A DNA stretch of 64,000 nt from Fibrobacteria bacterium (GCA_050294405.1 JBNKOC010000016.1:64001-128000), one strand, 5' to 3'; positions 30,206 through 40,753 are shown, numbered from the stretch's first letter. The notes: generated by a model not told the origin, from the letters alone. A program made the numbers and translations.

Positions 30206-31783
30206 TTAGCGAACCACCAATGGAAGTTTATAGCTGCGAGAACCCTCCAGTTCAATTAGCACTATATATGGATTGGCTAAAAGTTTTTTACCGTTTTTTA
30301 GCTGATGGTTTATTTTGATGTTTTGAGCACTGCTAAACTCCCCAAAGTCCTCAAGTTCAACTCCATTAAAATCGAAGAGGCTTACATGATACTTTTGGGA
30401 TAAAGCGGCTTGTACCCGAAGCTCTGTAAAATTGCTTTTTTTACTGTCTATAATTTTGGAGCTTAGTTCTGGCTGAAAAACGGCATGTAAATCGGCTTGA
30501 TAACCGGGGCTTGCCTTTTGGGAAGAGGATGCTGCAGCTGGATTGAGTACCCAGCTTTCACTCTCGATTCCAGCTTCCAAACAACCTTTTCCATTGGAAA
30601 CATCCTGAGAGCTGTAAGTAGCCAGAGTTAGCAGGGCGCCAGAATATTTTAAACTAATGCTGTCTTCGCTATTTCTTAAGCTATTCCAGGGACTCACAGC
30701 ATATATACTGGAGGAAAAATCCGGGTATGTTTCTGAAAGCAACTGCCGGTTTTGACTAAGTAGGGCGTATTGCCCAGGGCCCAATTTGATTTTATTCTCG
30801 GGAGTAAATTCCAAATGTCCTTCTCCCACTTGCAAATATTGCAGAGACACTTCGTTTTCGGAGGAATTGTATATTTCAAACCATTCGGGAACTCCTTCGG
30901 GAGGCTGAAAACATATTTCAGTTATGCTTATGGGGCTCTTTCCCAATTTATAAATGTTAAGAAAGTTGTTTGCATTATTTAAATCCCCTGAAATGCGGAA
31001 AACAAAAGAGTGAAAATTCAAATCCCCCGGGATATCCAGGGAAATGACACCGCTTTCTTCATTGGGATTTATGCTAACATTTCCATTTTTTATGTAAACA
31101 TCTTCCATAGCGTCCAAGTCCACATCTTCAAAAAAATTCCATTGTATGCTTAAGCTTGAACGTAGATTTTTTGCTCTCCAGTAAATGTTTATCTGGGAAT
31201 TTGATCTGTCCAATTCATAGTGGCTTAATATTATATCGTCGTCCCAGTTAATATTGGCTGCGGGATGAAAATAGCCTGGGCTCGCAAAATCTCCCCAGTA
31301 AGATGGGGTGGAGGATTCGACCCATTCCTCGCTTGGCATCCCTTCTGGAAAACTGTTTTCCCAACTTTTTCCATCTTTGGAAGCTGGGACAGTGTACTTT
31401 TTGTTAAAGCCTTCTCCCCGTAATTCAATTTCAAGGGCCCCGCTGTTTGTCAAACTAAGAGAAGGCCATTCTTGTTGGCACTTTATATTATAAGTAGCAA
31501 GGTTGGAGGAATCTTTACATATTAAAAATATTCCAGGGGAAGTTTTTAAAGGTATGCTTACTTCCAATAACTGGCCATTTACATCAAGCTGAATAAGTTG
31601 GGCCCCGGTTAAAAGGCTTTTTCCATAGCCGAGTTCTAAAAATTCCCCTTCGGCATCATATATATGGCTGGGGTTTGCCATAACTTCAGATAAAAAAACC
31701 GCGCCATGTGCCCGGAGGCCATATGGGAACCCCGCCAAAAATAAAAACAAAGCCGTGCTAAGGCCACTTAATGCATAGCTCAT
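30206..31783 (-). CDS. Lamin-tail-domain exported protein with C-terminal Ig/sorting-like domain
   Basis: Two LTD motifs (LSEVMANP..GEFLEL; ITEICFQP..PEWFEIYN), ASPGY repeats, signal peptide. Confidence 0.75.
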   Translation of the reverse strand: MSYALSGLSTALFLFLAGFPYGLRAHGAVFLSEVMANPSHIYDAEGEFLELGYGKSLLTGAQLIQLDVNGQLLEVSIPLKTSPGIFLICKDSSNLATYNIKCQQEWPSLSLTNSGALEIELRGEGFNKKYTVPASKDGKSWENSFPEGMPSEEWVESSTPSYWGDFASPGYFHPAANINWDDDIILSHYELDRSNSQINIYWRAKNLRSSLSIQWNFFEDVDLDAMEDVYIKNGNVSINPNEESGVISLDIPGDLNFHSFVFRISGDLNNANNFLNIYKLGKSPISITEICFQPPEGVPEWFEIYNSSENEVSLQYLQVGEGHLEFTPENKIKLGPGQYALLSQNRQLLSETYPDFSSSIYAVSPWNSLRNSEDSISLKYSGALLTLATYSSQDVSNGKGCLEAGIESESWVLNPAAASSSQKASPGYQADLHAVFQPELSSKIIDSKKSNFTELRVQAALSQKYHVSLFDFNGVELEDFGEFSSAQNIKINHQLKNGKKLLANPYIVLIELEGSRSYKLPLVVR

Positions 31784-31932
31784 AAACCCACCAGATAGAT
31801 GAAATTACTGTTAACGAAAATTTTGAACGCAACCTAAATATAATAAATCAATAAATGACTTGTAAAGGGAAGTATGTATATCTCCCCTAAAAAAGATTCA
31901 AATATTGGGCAAATTTATATTTAAAGTTTCAA

Positions 31933-32913
31933 CTAAGTTGAAAGCGATTCCTGGTGGTGCTTTTTCAAGCTTGGTGCATAAGTTTCCATAAATGCCATCA
32001 ACTCGTTGTAATCTTCCGGGCCGTTTTGAGTTTCCCGAATATCCACCAAAGGCAGATAAACCGGGGAGTTAAACAAAGCCGCTAAAGGAATTGGATTCTT
32101 GCGGCAAAAACAGGCCTTAACAAAGGGCTGAATTTGGCTTTGTATTTCTTTGGCTTCGTTTTGGTGGCCTTCGTTGTAAACCTGAATTAATTTTAAATAA
32201 AGCGCAGCGGCTTCGGGAATGTTGCCAGTGGCTGTAATCATACCCCTGCCTCCCAAATTTAACATGCTGTACAAGGCGTCATCTTCGCCGGTTAAAACCG
32301 AAAAAGATTTATAATTTACAGATGTTAGTATTTGCAGCGTGTCTTCGCGCATTTTTCCGGGGTTGATAAAATCAACGGCTTGCTTAAGACCTATAATATT
32401 TGCATCCGAGGCCAATTCAATAATGGTTTCGGGTTCTAAATAGCTGTTAGTTCTTCCGGGAACATTGTATATCACAATATTGGAGCCTGTTTCTTTGACT
32501 AAAGTTTTGAAATGGTTTACCAAACCCGCCTGCGGGGGATTGTTGTAGTATCCAGTAACACATAAAAAAGATAAAGGGCCCACCGATTTTTGAACATTGT
32601 TCATGGTTTCTACGGACTCGCGAGTGCTGTTGGAGCCCGCCCCGGCAATTACCGGCACTCTGCCATTAACATATTCCACTGTAAATTTGATGAAATCTAT
32701 ATGTTGCTGAGGAGTTACGGTAGCGCTTTGCCCGGTGGTTCCCATAGGTACAAGGCCACTAACACCTACCTCGATAAGATTGTCGATTAGGGTTTTTGCT
32801 TTTTCGTAATCAATGCTGTTGTTAAGGCATAGGGGATCGTCGTACTTAAGCGGCGTAAAAATAGCCGGGAATACTCCTTGTAAATCCAGGGGAGTGTTGA
32901 TTGTAGTAGCCAA
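31933..32913 (-). CDS. dapA: 4-hydroxy-tetrahydrodipicolinate synthase
   Basis: GTTGQS, VIAGAGSN, YYN, IYNVPGRT, IGLK. TTG start with AAGGAG RBS. Confidence 0.85.
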   Translation of the reverse strand: MATTINTPLDLQGVFPAIFTPLKYDDPLCLNNSIDYEKAKTLIDNLIEVGVSGLVPMGTTGQSATVTPQQHIDFIKFTVEYVNGRVPVIAGAGSNSTRESVETMNNVQKSVGPLSFLCVTGYYNNPPQAGLVNHFKTLVKETGSNIVIYNVPGRTNSYLEPETIIELASDANIIGLKQAVDFINPGKMREDTLQILTSVNYKSFSVLTGEDDALYSMLNLGGRGMITATGNIPEAAALYLKLIQVYNEGHQNEAKEIQSQIQPFVKACFCRKNPIPLAALFNSPVYLPLVDIRETQNGPEDYNELMAFMETYAPSLKKHHQESLST

Positions 32914-33062
32914 AAAAATCTCCTTATTAAACCCAGAGCCAAGTTCAAAGCAAAAATGACCGCCATCGCCCTGGAAAAACCTTTTAAAACAGCGGGATGA
33001 TAACCGCCTCTTACTAGAAAATTAATAAAATCCCCAAAACTTAGGAGGCAAAGTGCTTTATT

Positions 33063-34553
33063 TTAGCGCCAGGATTCCATAATTTTAAGACAATTCTGGC
33101 CCAATTCCGCCGCCCGCCCGGCGCTGCCTGCCTCTGTATAGCAGCGAAATTCAGGGGCATTTCCACTTGGCCGCAAGTGCACAATTTCTCCATTTTCCAG
33201 AAAAAATTTAATGCCGTCTGTATCGTTAAAATCCACAGCCGAAGAGAGTTTATTCTCAAACAAACCATTAAACTCCTCAAGGCATTTTTCTTTGGGTTTT
33301 TCCTTTAGGGATTTTAAAATGCTTTGGCTTTTTTCTGTGGGAAATTCCTTTAGGCGGTCGCTGTAGGTAAAACGAGGTGGCAGTGTTTTAAGCAGTTCAG
33401 CCAAACTTTTATTTTCTTGCTTCATCAGCCCCACAATTCCAAGGGCCACAATTAAAGTATCCCGTGTGGGCAGGGGCAACAGTTTTTTGCCTGCCTCCTG
33501 GCTGGGGGAATTGGTAAAAAAGCCGCCGTTGGCCTCGTATCCTACAACGGATTTAAAACCCTGTGCATTTCCCTTATCCATGGATTCAATAACAAAGGGA
33601 GAGCCAATGCGGGTTTTATCAACCTTCTTAAAATAGTTGCTGAGCTCCACGGCAGAATTACAGCTTACCGGAACAGAAACCCAATCGGCTTTTAGATAAC
33701 GGGCTACCAAAATTCCCGCCACATCGCCTCGGAGCCAATTGCCCTTCGCATCGGCAATCAGAGGTCTGTCGCTATCTCCATCTGTGGAAAAGAGCATATC
33801 ATAGTTGCCCTTTGAAGCCCATTCTTGGGCCAGTTTGGCATCTTCGGGTCGAATGGCTTCTGTGTCCACAGGAATAAATTTCTCGGCTCTTCCCAATCTT
33901 TCCACTTTTGCGCCGAGCTTTTCTAAGATTTGAGGAAGCAGGTCCCGGCCCACGGCGCTGTGCTGGTACATTCCGATGTTTAATCCCTTTAAAAAGTCTG
34001 AAGGGAAGTAATCTGTATAGCGTTTGCTGTAAAGCTGGGCGGCTTCATCATCCAGGGGAGGGATAAAAGAACCAGGCTCATAAAAGGACCCGGCATCATT
34101 AAAAAGGGAAGGGTCAATTTCCACCACTTGCTCCTTAATTCCCAGTTCATCACTCTTTAAAATTTCGCCTTTGGGAGAATTGAATTTAATGCCGTTTCTG
34201 TCGTCAGGAATATGGCTGCCAGTTACCATTATAGCAGGGATTTTTTTTAACAATCCCAAATAGGCCACAGCGGGGGAGGGAACTTTTCCAGAATTAATGG
34301 CCGTGTAGCCCTTATCTTGTATAGCCCTGGCCACGGCTTCCATTATTCTATCTGTGGAAGGACGCAAATCGCCGGCGATGGCAATGGAACTACCCTCTTT
34401 TAGCTCGTAGTTTTTTTCAAGATGCTGGATAAAAGCCTGTGTGTATAAATAACATATTTTATCTGCCATTTTTTCAACAAGGCCTCGGGCTCCGCTGGTG
34501 CCGAAGCCCACGCCGCTTTTTTCCATTACGTCGGTAATTTTATAGCTTTCCAT
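33063..34553 (-). CDS. Phosphomannomutase
   Basis: FGTSGARG, VTGSHIP phosphoserine loop, DGDSDR, GYEANG, RPSGNAPE. Confidence 0.9.
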   Translation of the reverse strand: MESYKITDVMEKSGVGFGTSGARGLVEKMADKICYLYTQAFIQHLEKNYELKEGSSIAIAGDLRPSTDRIMEAVARAIQDKGYTAINSGKVPSPAVAYLGLLKKIPAIMVTGSHIPDDRNGIKFNSPKGEILKSDELGIKEQVVEIDPSLFNDAGSFYEPGSFIPPLDDEAAQLYSKRYTDYFPSDFLKGLNIGMYQHSAVGRDLLPQILEKLGAKVERLGRAEKFIPVDTEAIRPEDAKLAQEWASKGNYDMLFSTDGDSDRPLIADAKGNWLRGDVAGILVARYLKADWVSVPVSCNSAVELSNYFKKVDKTRIGSPFVIESMDKGNAQGFKSVVGYEANGGFFTNSPSQEAGKKLLPLPTRDTLIVALGIVGLMKQENKSLAELLKTLPPRFTYSDRLKEFPTEKSQSILKSLKEKPKEKCLEEFNGLFENKLSSAVDFNDTDGIKFFLENGEIVHLRPSGNAPEFRCYTEAGSAGRAAELGQNCLKIMESWR

Positions 34554-34619
34554 ATTATCCGTTTCCTGTTTCAAAATATTAGATTTACAAAGGTAATTTA
34601 AAAATTAATAGAGGCCCTT

Positions 34620-36215
34620 ATGAGTTCGACCTGGAAAGAAGTATTATCACTGGAATTAGACGGTAAAGACAATAAAAAATTATTGGCCGAGATTCAAAAA
34701 ACCGCTCTGGAATCCACCGAAGATGTGGAAATTGTATTTGGCACTTCCGGGTGGAGGGCGGTAATTGGTGAGGAATATTCCCTTTACAATGTTCAGAAAG
34801 TAACCCGGGCTATTGTGGCAATGTATCGCAATGCGTCCGGCGAATTGCTAACCGAATTAGGCGTTGATAGTTTTGAGGACTTTGCCTCCAGGGGTGTTTT
34901 ATTGGGACACGACACCAGATACATGGGCGATGTATTTGCCAAAGGCGTAGCTACCGTACTCAACAAAGAAAAAATTAAAATTTTCTACTGCGCTGTGGCC
35001 ACCACACCGGAGTTTTCGGCGGCGGTGCCCGAAGATGACTTTGCCTGCTCTATCAACCTTACGCCCAGCCACAATCCAGGCAATTACGGAGGGTATAAGT
35101 TTAATCCTGCGGATGGAGGTCCAGCGGGCCCTCTTATTACTAAAGCTATTGAAGCCGAAATTTTAAAAATAAATGACAAACATATTTTGCCCGTAAAATC
35201 AGTGAGATGGGATAATTACGATATTCTATCCGCCTATATTGACTTTGTAAATAACAATGACTTTGTGGATCTTGAATTTTGCAGGGAAATGGCCAAAGGA
35301 AAAATGGCTTTGGCTCATGATGCTGTTTATGGCGCCACTAAAGGAAGACCCGACGTTATTCTAGGCAACCCGCCTTCGCTAAAAACATTTCGAACCAAAG
35401 ATAATCCGCTTTTTGGCGGGGCGGCTCCCGAACCCTCTGTTAATAACATGGCCGAATTGGTGGCGTATATTGATGCCCAGCCACAGGAATTAAAATTAGG
35501 TGTTATAATGGATCCAGATGGCGACAGAGTGCGTTTTTACGATGGGCAAGAACATATTAGCATGAATCAATTCGGAGCCATTGCCTTTGATTACATTGTG
35601 AATGTCCGGAAAAAAGAGGGTGGGGTGGCCAAGTCCGTAGCCACTTCTAATTTGATAAATGCTCTGGCGAAAAAATACAATCGCCCCCTTTATGAAACCG
35701 CAGTGGGTTTTAAAAATTTCCGTCCCTATTTGTCTGAAGGTACACAAAAACCCGCTTTGGTTTGTTTTGAAGAAAGTGACGGGATTTCGGGTTATGGAAA
35801 TACTCTTGAAAAAGACGCTCAAATTGGTTTTTTGTTAGCCATCGAAATTATAGGAAAAACCGGTAAAAGTTTGAGTGATCATTTACATCGCATTCAGGAA
35901 GATGTGGGTCAATATTTTCCCTTGCGCAAAGGATTTGAAGTGGAATCCATTAAACAGGTAAAACCCGTAATGGAACAATTAAAAACCGAATTTGTAGCAG
36001 GAAAAGATATTGAAGTAGGCGGAAATAAAAAGAGTATTGTTGAAGCCATAACTCTGGATGGACTAAAACTTGTTTTTGAAGACAGTTCCTGGATGCTGAT
36101 TCGCCCCTCTGGCACAGAACCAAAGGTGCGGGTTTATACAGAATCCCAAAATTTGGAGCAATCTGAACTTTTGTTTGAAGCGGCTAAAAATCTGTTTTTT
36201 ACCAAACTCAAATAA
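34620..36215 (+). CDS. Phosphoglucomutase/phosphomannomutase family protein
   Basis: FGTSGWR, TPSHNP, DPDGDR, EESDG, RPSGTEPK. Confidence 0.9.
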   Translation: MSSTWKEVLSLELDGKDNKKLLAEIQKTALESTEDVEIVFGTSGWRAVIGEEYSLYNVQKVTRAIVAMYRNASGELLTELGVDSFEDFASRGVLLGHDTRYMGDVFAKGVATVLNKEKIKIFYCAVATTPEFSAAVPEDDFACSINLTPSHNPGNYGGYKFNPADGGPAGPLITKAIEAEILKINDKHILPVKSVRWDNYDILSAYIDFVNNNDFVDLEFCREMAKGKMALAHDAVYGATKGRPDVILGNPPSLKTFRTKDNPLFGGAAPEPSVNNMAELVAYIDAQPQELKLGVIMDPDGDRVRFYDGQEHISMNQFGAIAFDYIVNVRKKEGGVAKSVATSNLINALAKKYNRPLYETAVGFKNFRPYLSEGTQKPALVCFEESDGISGYGNTLEKDAQIGFLLAIEIIGKTGKSLSDHLHRIQEDVGQYFPLRKGFEVESIKQVKPVMEQLKTEFVAGKDIEVGGNKKSIVEAITLDGLKLVFEDSSWMLIRPSGTEPKVRVYTESQNLEQSELLFEAAKNLFFTKLK

Positions 36216-36342
36216 TCCAAAAATCCCCCTTAATCTACCTTTGTTTTCCTAAAAACAGCTAAAATTGAGTCAAAGCCAGCTCGGTTTAGCTTTACAAATT
36301 TTAAAACGGTGGTACAATTGTTGAGACCGGTTATCAGCCAAT

Positions 36343-36705
36343 ATGGAAACAATAAAACACAGTCTTGATTTTTGTGAAATGGAACTTCATCCAAAATTTA
36401 TGATTTTGGAAGTCGGCCAGGGTGTGGATCTCAGCAAGGAACAGTTGGAAGATATTTTCAAAATTGCCGACGATTTTTATCAGGGCCAGGAATACATTTT
36501 AATCAGCCACCGCAAAAATGAGTATAGTATAAACCCTCTTGTGGCCAAAGCTTTGCAGCTTAAATCTGCTATAAAAAATGTTGCTGTGGTGGCATACCGG
36601 GATAATACAGTGCGCAATGTTAAAATTGAAAAAGCCGTATTCCAAACGGATATGAACTTGTTTTCCAACTTGGATGATGCTATCAGCTGGGCATGTAATT
36701 ATTAA
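36343..36705 (+). CDS. STAS/SEC14 (SpoIIAA-like) hypothetical protein
   Basis: ISHR..YSI-x-P, AVV, F-x-NLDDAISW terminal pattern. Confidence 0.6.
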   Translation: METIKHSLDFCEMELHPKFMILEVGQGVDLSKEQLEDIFKIADDFYQGQEYILISHRKNEYSINPLVAKALQLKSAIKNVAVVAYRDNTVRNVKIEKAVFQTDMNLFSNLDDAISWACNY

Positions 36706-36907
36706 AGGCTTTCTATAGCCGCACTAACATACCAGTAACACTTAGCTGTTTTGGACCTCCGACATGCATAAACCCAAGTTGGGAGTTAAATTTCTATTTT
36801 GCCATTAGCACCCAAGTGATTATTTCAAAATAACACTTGCCTTTGTCCATTGAGAATTATCTTTAATTTTAAAAAGAGCTGATTGGTTATAGATAAAATG
36901 GTTTAAG

Positions 36908-37450
36908 ATGTCCGGATTAAAAAATAAACATATACTGCTGAAAGAAATTAAACTCGAAGATGAGGAGTGGCTTTTTCAATTAAACAGTAATCCTGTGGTG
37001 ATGAAATTTTTTCCTTCGGTTTTAAACCGCTTGCAAAATAATGAGCTTCTCAAAGCCATAATGGATCACCATGCAAAGCATGGTTTCGGAGTTTACAAAA
37101 TTGCTTCTGGCAAGGGAAAGCCTATGGGAATGCTGGGTTTAAACAGAGTGGGTTTCAAAAGTTTTTTTACGCCTTCTGTGGAAATTTTATGGCGGCTGTT
37201 TCCGGAGTATTGGAATAAGGGAATAGCAACATATGCTGCCTTGAAATGTATGGAAATAGCTGAGTTTACTTTGAAATTAAATGAAGTGGTGGCCTTTACC
37301 TCCATTCACAATTTGCCCTCCCGAAAAGTTATGGAAAAAATTGGTATGGAGAAATTAGCAGTTTTTAATCATCCGAAAATTATCCCAGGCCATTGGCTCT
37401 CTAGCCATATTTTGTATAAAAAAGTATTTTTAGAAACACTAAAAACTTAA
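36908..37450 (+). CDS. RimJ/RimL-type GNAT N-acetyltransferase
   Basis: VEILWRL..YWNKGIAT, NLPSRKVMEKIGM. Confidence 0.9.
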   Translation: MSGLKNKHILLKEIKLEDEEWLFQLNSNPVVMKFFPSVLNRLQNNELLKAIMDHHAKHGFGVYKIASGKGKPMGMLGLNRVGFKSFFTPSVEILWRLFPEYWNKGIATYAALKCMEIAEFTLKLNEVVAFTSIHNLPSRKVMEKIGMEKLAVFNHPKIIPGHWLSSHILYKKVFLETLKT

Positions 37451-37495
37451 GGCGTTTTTGAACTAAAAATAGTGTCAATTTTCCGGGAATAGATA

Positions 37496-40400
37496 ATGGC
37501 TAATTTTCAATCTAAGTACGATTATTCAGATGAAGCCACGTTAATCAAAGATTATGGGGAAAAGTGGCCTGATAAATGGAAAAGTAAAAGGCTGGGGAAT
37601 GATGATTTTGATGGAAAGGCTGCAGCTTATGGCGATTGCACCTCTAAAGGCTTTTCTTCTGAACACTTGTTGGATTTTGATATATCAAAATATGGGCTGG
37701 CAACCAAAAGAACCATCAGGGTTAACAAAATCATTTATGAGTTATTAGACAGTGTTTTCCATGAAATAGCGAAGCTCAAATTTTATGAGATCCGAATTGT
37801 TTGGGGGCACTTATTCCGCTACAAAAAGTCTGCTTCAAACAGAACTAACATTCAGAATGGGTCCGACTATGAAGTAGTAAAAAAGTGGTTGGTAGATGAA
37901 AGGGGTATTCCGCAGGCTGATATTGATACTTATTGGAATAAGCATTGGGCGGAAATGGCTGCCATATATGATAGCGGACATAACAGATTAAAAAAAGCAG
38001 AGCTTTCCAATCATAGCTTTGGTACGGCAATTGATATAAACTCTCCTGAAAATGACTTTGGTTCAAAAGTTTGGGACATGCCTCCAGAAATTGTGAAAAT
38101 ATTTTTGGCTCATGGGTTTGCCTGGGGAGGCTTTTTTCAAACCAAAGACGCCATGCATTTTGAATATTTAATAAATGGCAGCATGGCCGTACCGCCTCAG
38201 TTAACTCATTTAAGCATGCCAATGGATATTATTTTAGATTCAACATTTACCCGAAACAACCTGGACAAAATTTATTCCATTACGGAAAATGAACAAAGCT
38301 CAGGTTTTTTTCCTGTGGGGGCTAACACTGTTTGGCACGGTGGGCTTCATTTAGAGAGAACAGTTAAAACCCCAATATATTCAGTGGCAGCTGGCCGAAT
38401 AATATGCGCAAGGCTGGATAAAAAGGGAGCTAACAACCTGAAAAATGGTTCCCGAAATTTTGTGCTAATAGAACATAAACAAGAAGATGGAACTAAGTGG
38501 TACTCCCTTTACATGCATTTGTTATCTGTGGATTTTAACGCAGAAAATTTTCATACCCAAAGGCTAAAATGGCTATTGGATAGAGAGGAAATAAAAAACT
38601 CAGTTCAAGTTAAAGCTGGCTATATAAAAAGGTCTGGTCCCTCCCAAAGCAGCCAATCTTTAGGGGGAACATCAACCGGTGCCGTATACATAAAATTAGG
38701 CCAGGAAGGTTCATGGATCCACTTAAAAGACGAAGAGGAAAAAGAGTTTTATATCACCCAAAACGGCGTTATTGGAGATGTAACTGGGTATAAAAAAATT
38801 ATTAAAAAATCTGCGGAAGAAAATCCAGGCGAGGTATTGCAGCTGAATCATCCCGTGATTCCAGGTGAAATTATTGGATATATGGGGGAATTTGGAATTA
38901 GCTCAAATAGAAAGCCAATGGTTCACTGGGAAATTTTTTCTGAAAAATTAATTGGAACAGGCTGGAAAACGGCAACGGATAATGATTCGGACTACGCATG
39001 CGATTCAGATGAAATAATAAAATTAATAGATTCAGCATCCGGTCTTAAAACGGGAGAGCTTGATGCGCAAGAGATTATAAATTTTTACAGGGACACTGAA
39101 AGGTCAAAAAAAGTAAGAGAGTACGCTTGCAAGTTTATTTCCGAATGGGGGGTAGATTGGGAAGCCGCATTGCAAAAGCTTGGAACAAAATTCAAAATTG
39201 TGGATGGCGTTAATGCTGAAGATTTAAAGCCTTATGTTTTTTGGGATTCTGCTAAAGCTAAAGGAGTGGAGCTGCCTTCAAGTAAGTTGGTTTATCACTA
39301 TAACCCAATTAGGTTTTTAGAAAGATTAGCCCCGCCCCTGAAATCAGTGGAAGAAACAATAGTCAGCCCTGATGTTACTTTTCCTTTCAAAAAAGGGGAT
39401 TATGATGATGTGGGCGTTCAAAATTATCCCAGCAAAAAAGTAGCTGGGGCAGGCTACAAGGAGGGTACTCCGATTCATGATATTCAAAAAATGCTGGATG
39501 AATTTGGATTTGACCAAGTTTGGAAAGCCGATGGTGATTATGGAAAAAAAACGGAGGCGGCAGTTCGAGATTTTCAACGGGCCGCTTGCACAGATGTTAG
39601 GCTTGTTGATGAATCAGATGAGATTGTAGAGATTACCTTTAAAGGAGAAGTTACCGGAAAGGTGGATAGCGACACTTATGCTGAAATAGAGTATTGGAAA
39701 AAGATGAATTACCGGGTAGCCATTGGTATGTATGGTCCAATTTCCACAGTAGCTCTTCCGTACTATAACGGAGAATACGATGATGTTGCTGTTGAAAAAT
39801 ATATTAAACCAGAAATCCCATTTATGGGATACAGGGAGGGGTCTGATATATATAAGATTCAATCCTATTTGCAAAAATTTGGATTTTCTCAGGTTGGAAA
39901 TGCGGATGGCGATTTTGGCCCTAAAACTCTTGAGGCTGTAATTGAATTTCAAGAGATATCAAACGAACCTTATCGTCAGCAAAATGGGCAAAAAATAGAA
40001 GTGGAAACCGGAGAACCCCTTATCACTACAGGTGAAGTAGATTTCTTTACGGTAATGGAAATGAACCATTGGCTGGAGATGAATTATAAGAAGCCCGAAG
40101 CTCCTTGCGATTGCCTTGCGCCGCAGGAGAATTTTCCCTATAGCGATGATACCTTTGCCTTAATTGAATCCTTGTCAGAGCTTATTAATTTTTATTCTAC
40201 TAAGTACGATGTTCCTCCTGTAGCCGTCGCAGGATCCATAGCAGATGAATATAATACCAGAACAGGCGCTAAGGCAGTAGTGGACTGGATTCAGGATGAG
40301 GTGTTGCTCGATTTTATGCCAAATTTTGCAATTGAAGTGGATGCCTATTTTGGCTTTCAAAGCAAATTGTTAAATGCCACCAAGCATGACATTGGCCTTG

Positions 40401-40753
40401 GCAATATTAAAATTGAGACTGCAAAAGAAATATATGAGCAGTATCCGCAGGAATTTGAAAATAAAAACATGGACTATAGCGATATTGTCGATTACATAAT
40501 GTCGAATGAGGGCACTGTGCATATGGCTGCGTTGGTGATAAGAAAAGCCAAGAAAATTTTTGAGTTTGACGTGTTGGACAAGCCTCAAGGCGATGTTGAA
40601 GCTATATATGTTACTTATTATAAACAAGGTGATTCCTATGTGGATAGGTATAATGCGAAAAAATTAACAGATCCTTCCCATGATTTAAAACCAGGGGAGG
40701 GTTGCAGAGTTTGTTTGCAGCGGGAAAAATTTTTGAATATCTTATCTCCCTAA
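37496..40753 (+). CDS. Multi-domain peptidoglycan hydrolase/effector: M15 peptidase + M23/WHIX-like domain (SH3-like insert) + two PG-binding repeats + lysozyme-like C-terminus
   Basis: SNHSFGTAIDIN...WGG...DAMHFE (M15); FPVGANTVWHGGLH...YMHL...VHWEIFS; ADGDYGKKT / ADGDFGPKT; AVAGSIADE...DIGLGNI. No signal peptide. Confidence 0.75.
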   Translation: MANFQSKYDYSDEATLIKDYGEKWPDKWKSKRLGNDDFDGKAAAYGDCTSKGFSSEHLLDFDISKYGLATKRTIRVNKIIYELLDSVFHEIAKLKFYEIRIVWGHLFRYKKSASNRTNIQNGSDYEVVKKWLVDERGIPQADIDTYWNKHWAEMAAIYDSGHNRLKKAELSNHSFGTAIDINSPENDFGSKVWDMPPEIVKIFLAHGFAWGGFFQTKDAMHFEYLINGSMAVPPQLTHLSMPMDIILDSTFTRNNLDKIYSITENEQSSGFFPVGANTVWHGGLHLERTVKTPIYSVAAGRIICARLDKKGANNLKNGSRNFVLIEHKQEDGTKWYSLYMHLLSVDFNAENFHTQRLKWLLDREEIKNSVQVKAGYIKRSGPSQSSQSLGGTSTGAVYIKLGQEGSWIHLKDEEEKEFYITQNGVIGDVTGYKKIIKKSAEENPGEVLQLNHPVIPGEIIGYMGEFGISSNRKPMVHWEIFSEKLIGTGWKTATDNDSDYACDSDEIIKLIDSASGLKTGELDAQEIINFYRDTERSKKVREYACKFISEWGVDWEAALQKLGTKFKIVDGVNAEDLKPYVFWDSAKAKGVELPSSKLVYHYNPIRFLERLAPPLKSVEETIVSPDVTFPFKKGDYDDVGVQNYPSKKVAGAGYKEGTPIHDIQKMLDEFGFDQVWKADGDYGKKTEAAVRDFQRAACTDVRLVDESDEIVEITFKGEVTGKVDSDTYAEIEYWKKMNYRVAIGMYGPISTVALPYYNGEYDDVAVEKYIKPEIPFMGYREGSDIYKIQSYLQKFGFSQVGNADGDFGPKTLEAVIEFQEISNEPYRQQNGQKIEVETGEPLITTGEVDFFTVMEMNHWLEMNYKKPEAPCDCLAPQENFPYSDDTFALIESLSELINFYSTKYDVPPVAVAGSIADEYNTRTGAKAVVDWIQDEVLLDFMPNFAIEVDAYFGFQSKLLNATKHDIGLGNIKIETAKEIYEQYPQEFENKNMDYSDIVDYIMSNEGTVHMAALVIRKAKKIFEFDVLDKPQGDVEAIYVTYYKQGDSYVDRYNAKKLTDPSHDLKPGEGCRVCLQREKFLNILSP

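Noticed and set aside
32914..33060. Lysine riboswitch upstream of dapA (agaggcgg...)
   Set aside because: Leader is too short and lacks the conserved multi-stem core; only generic hairpins.
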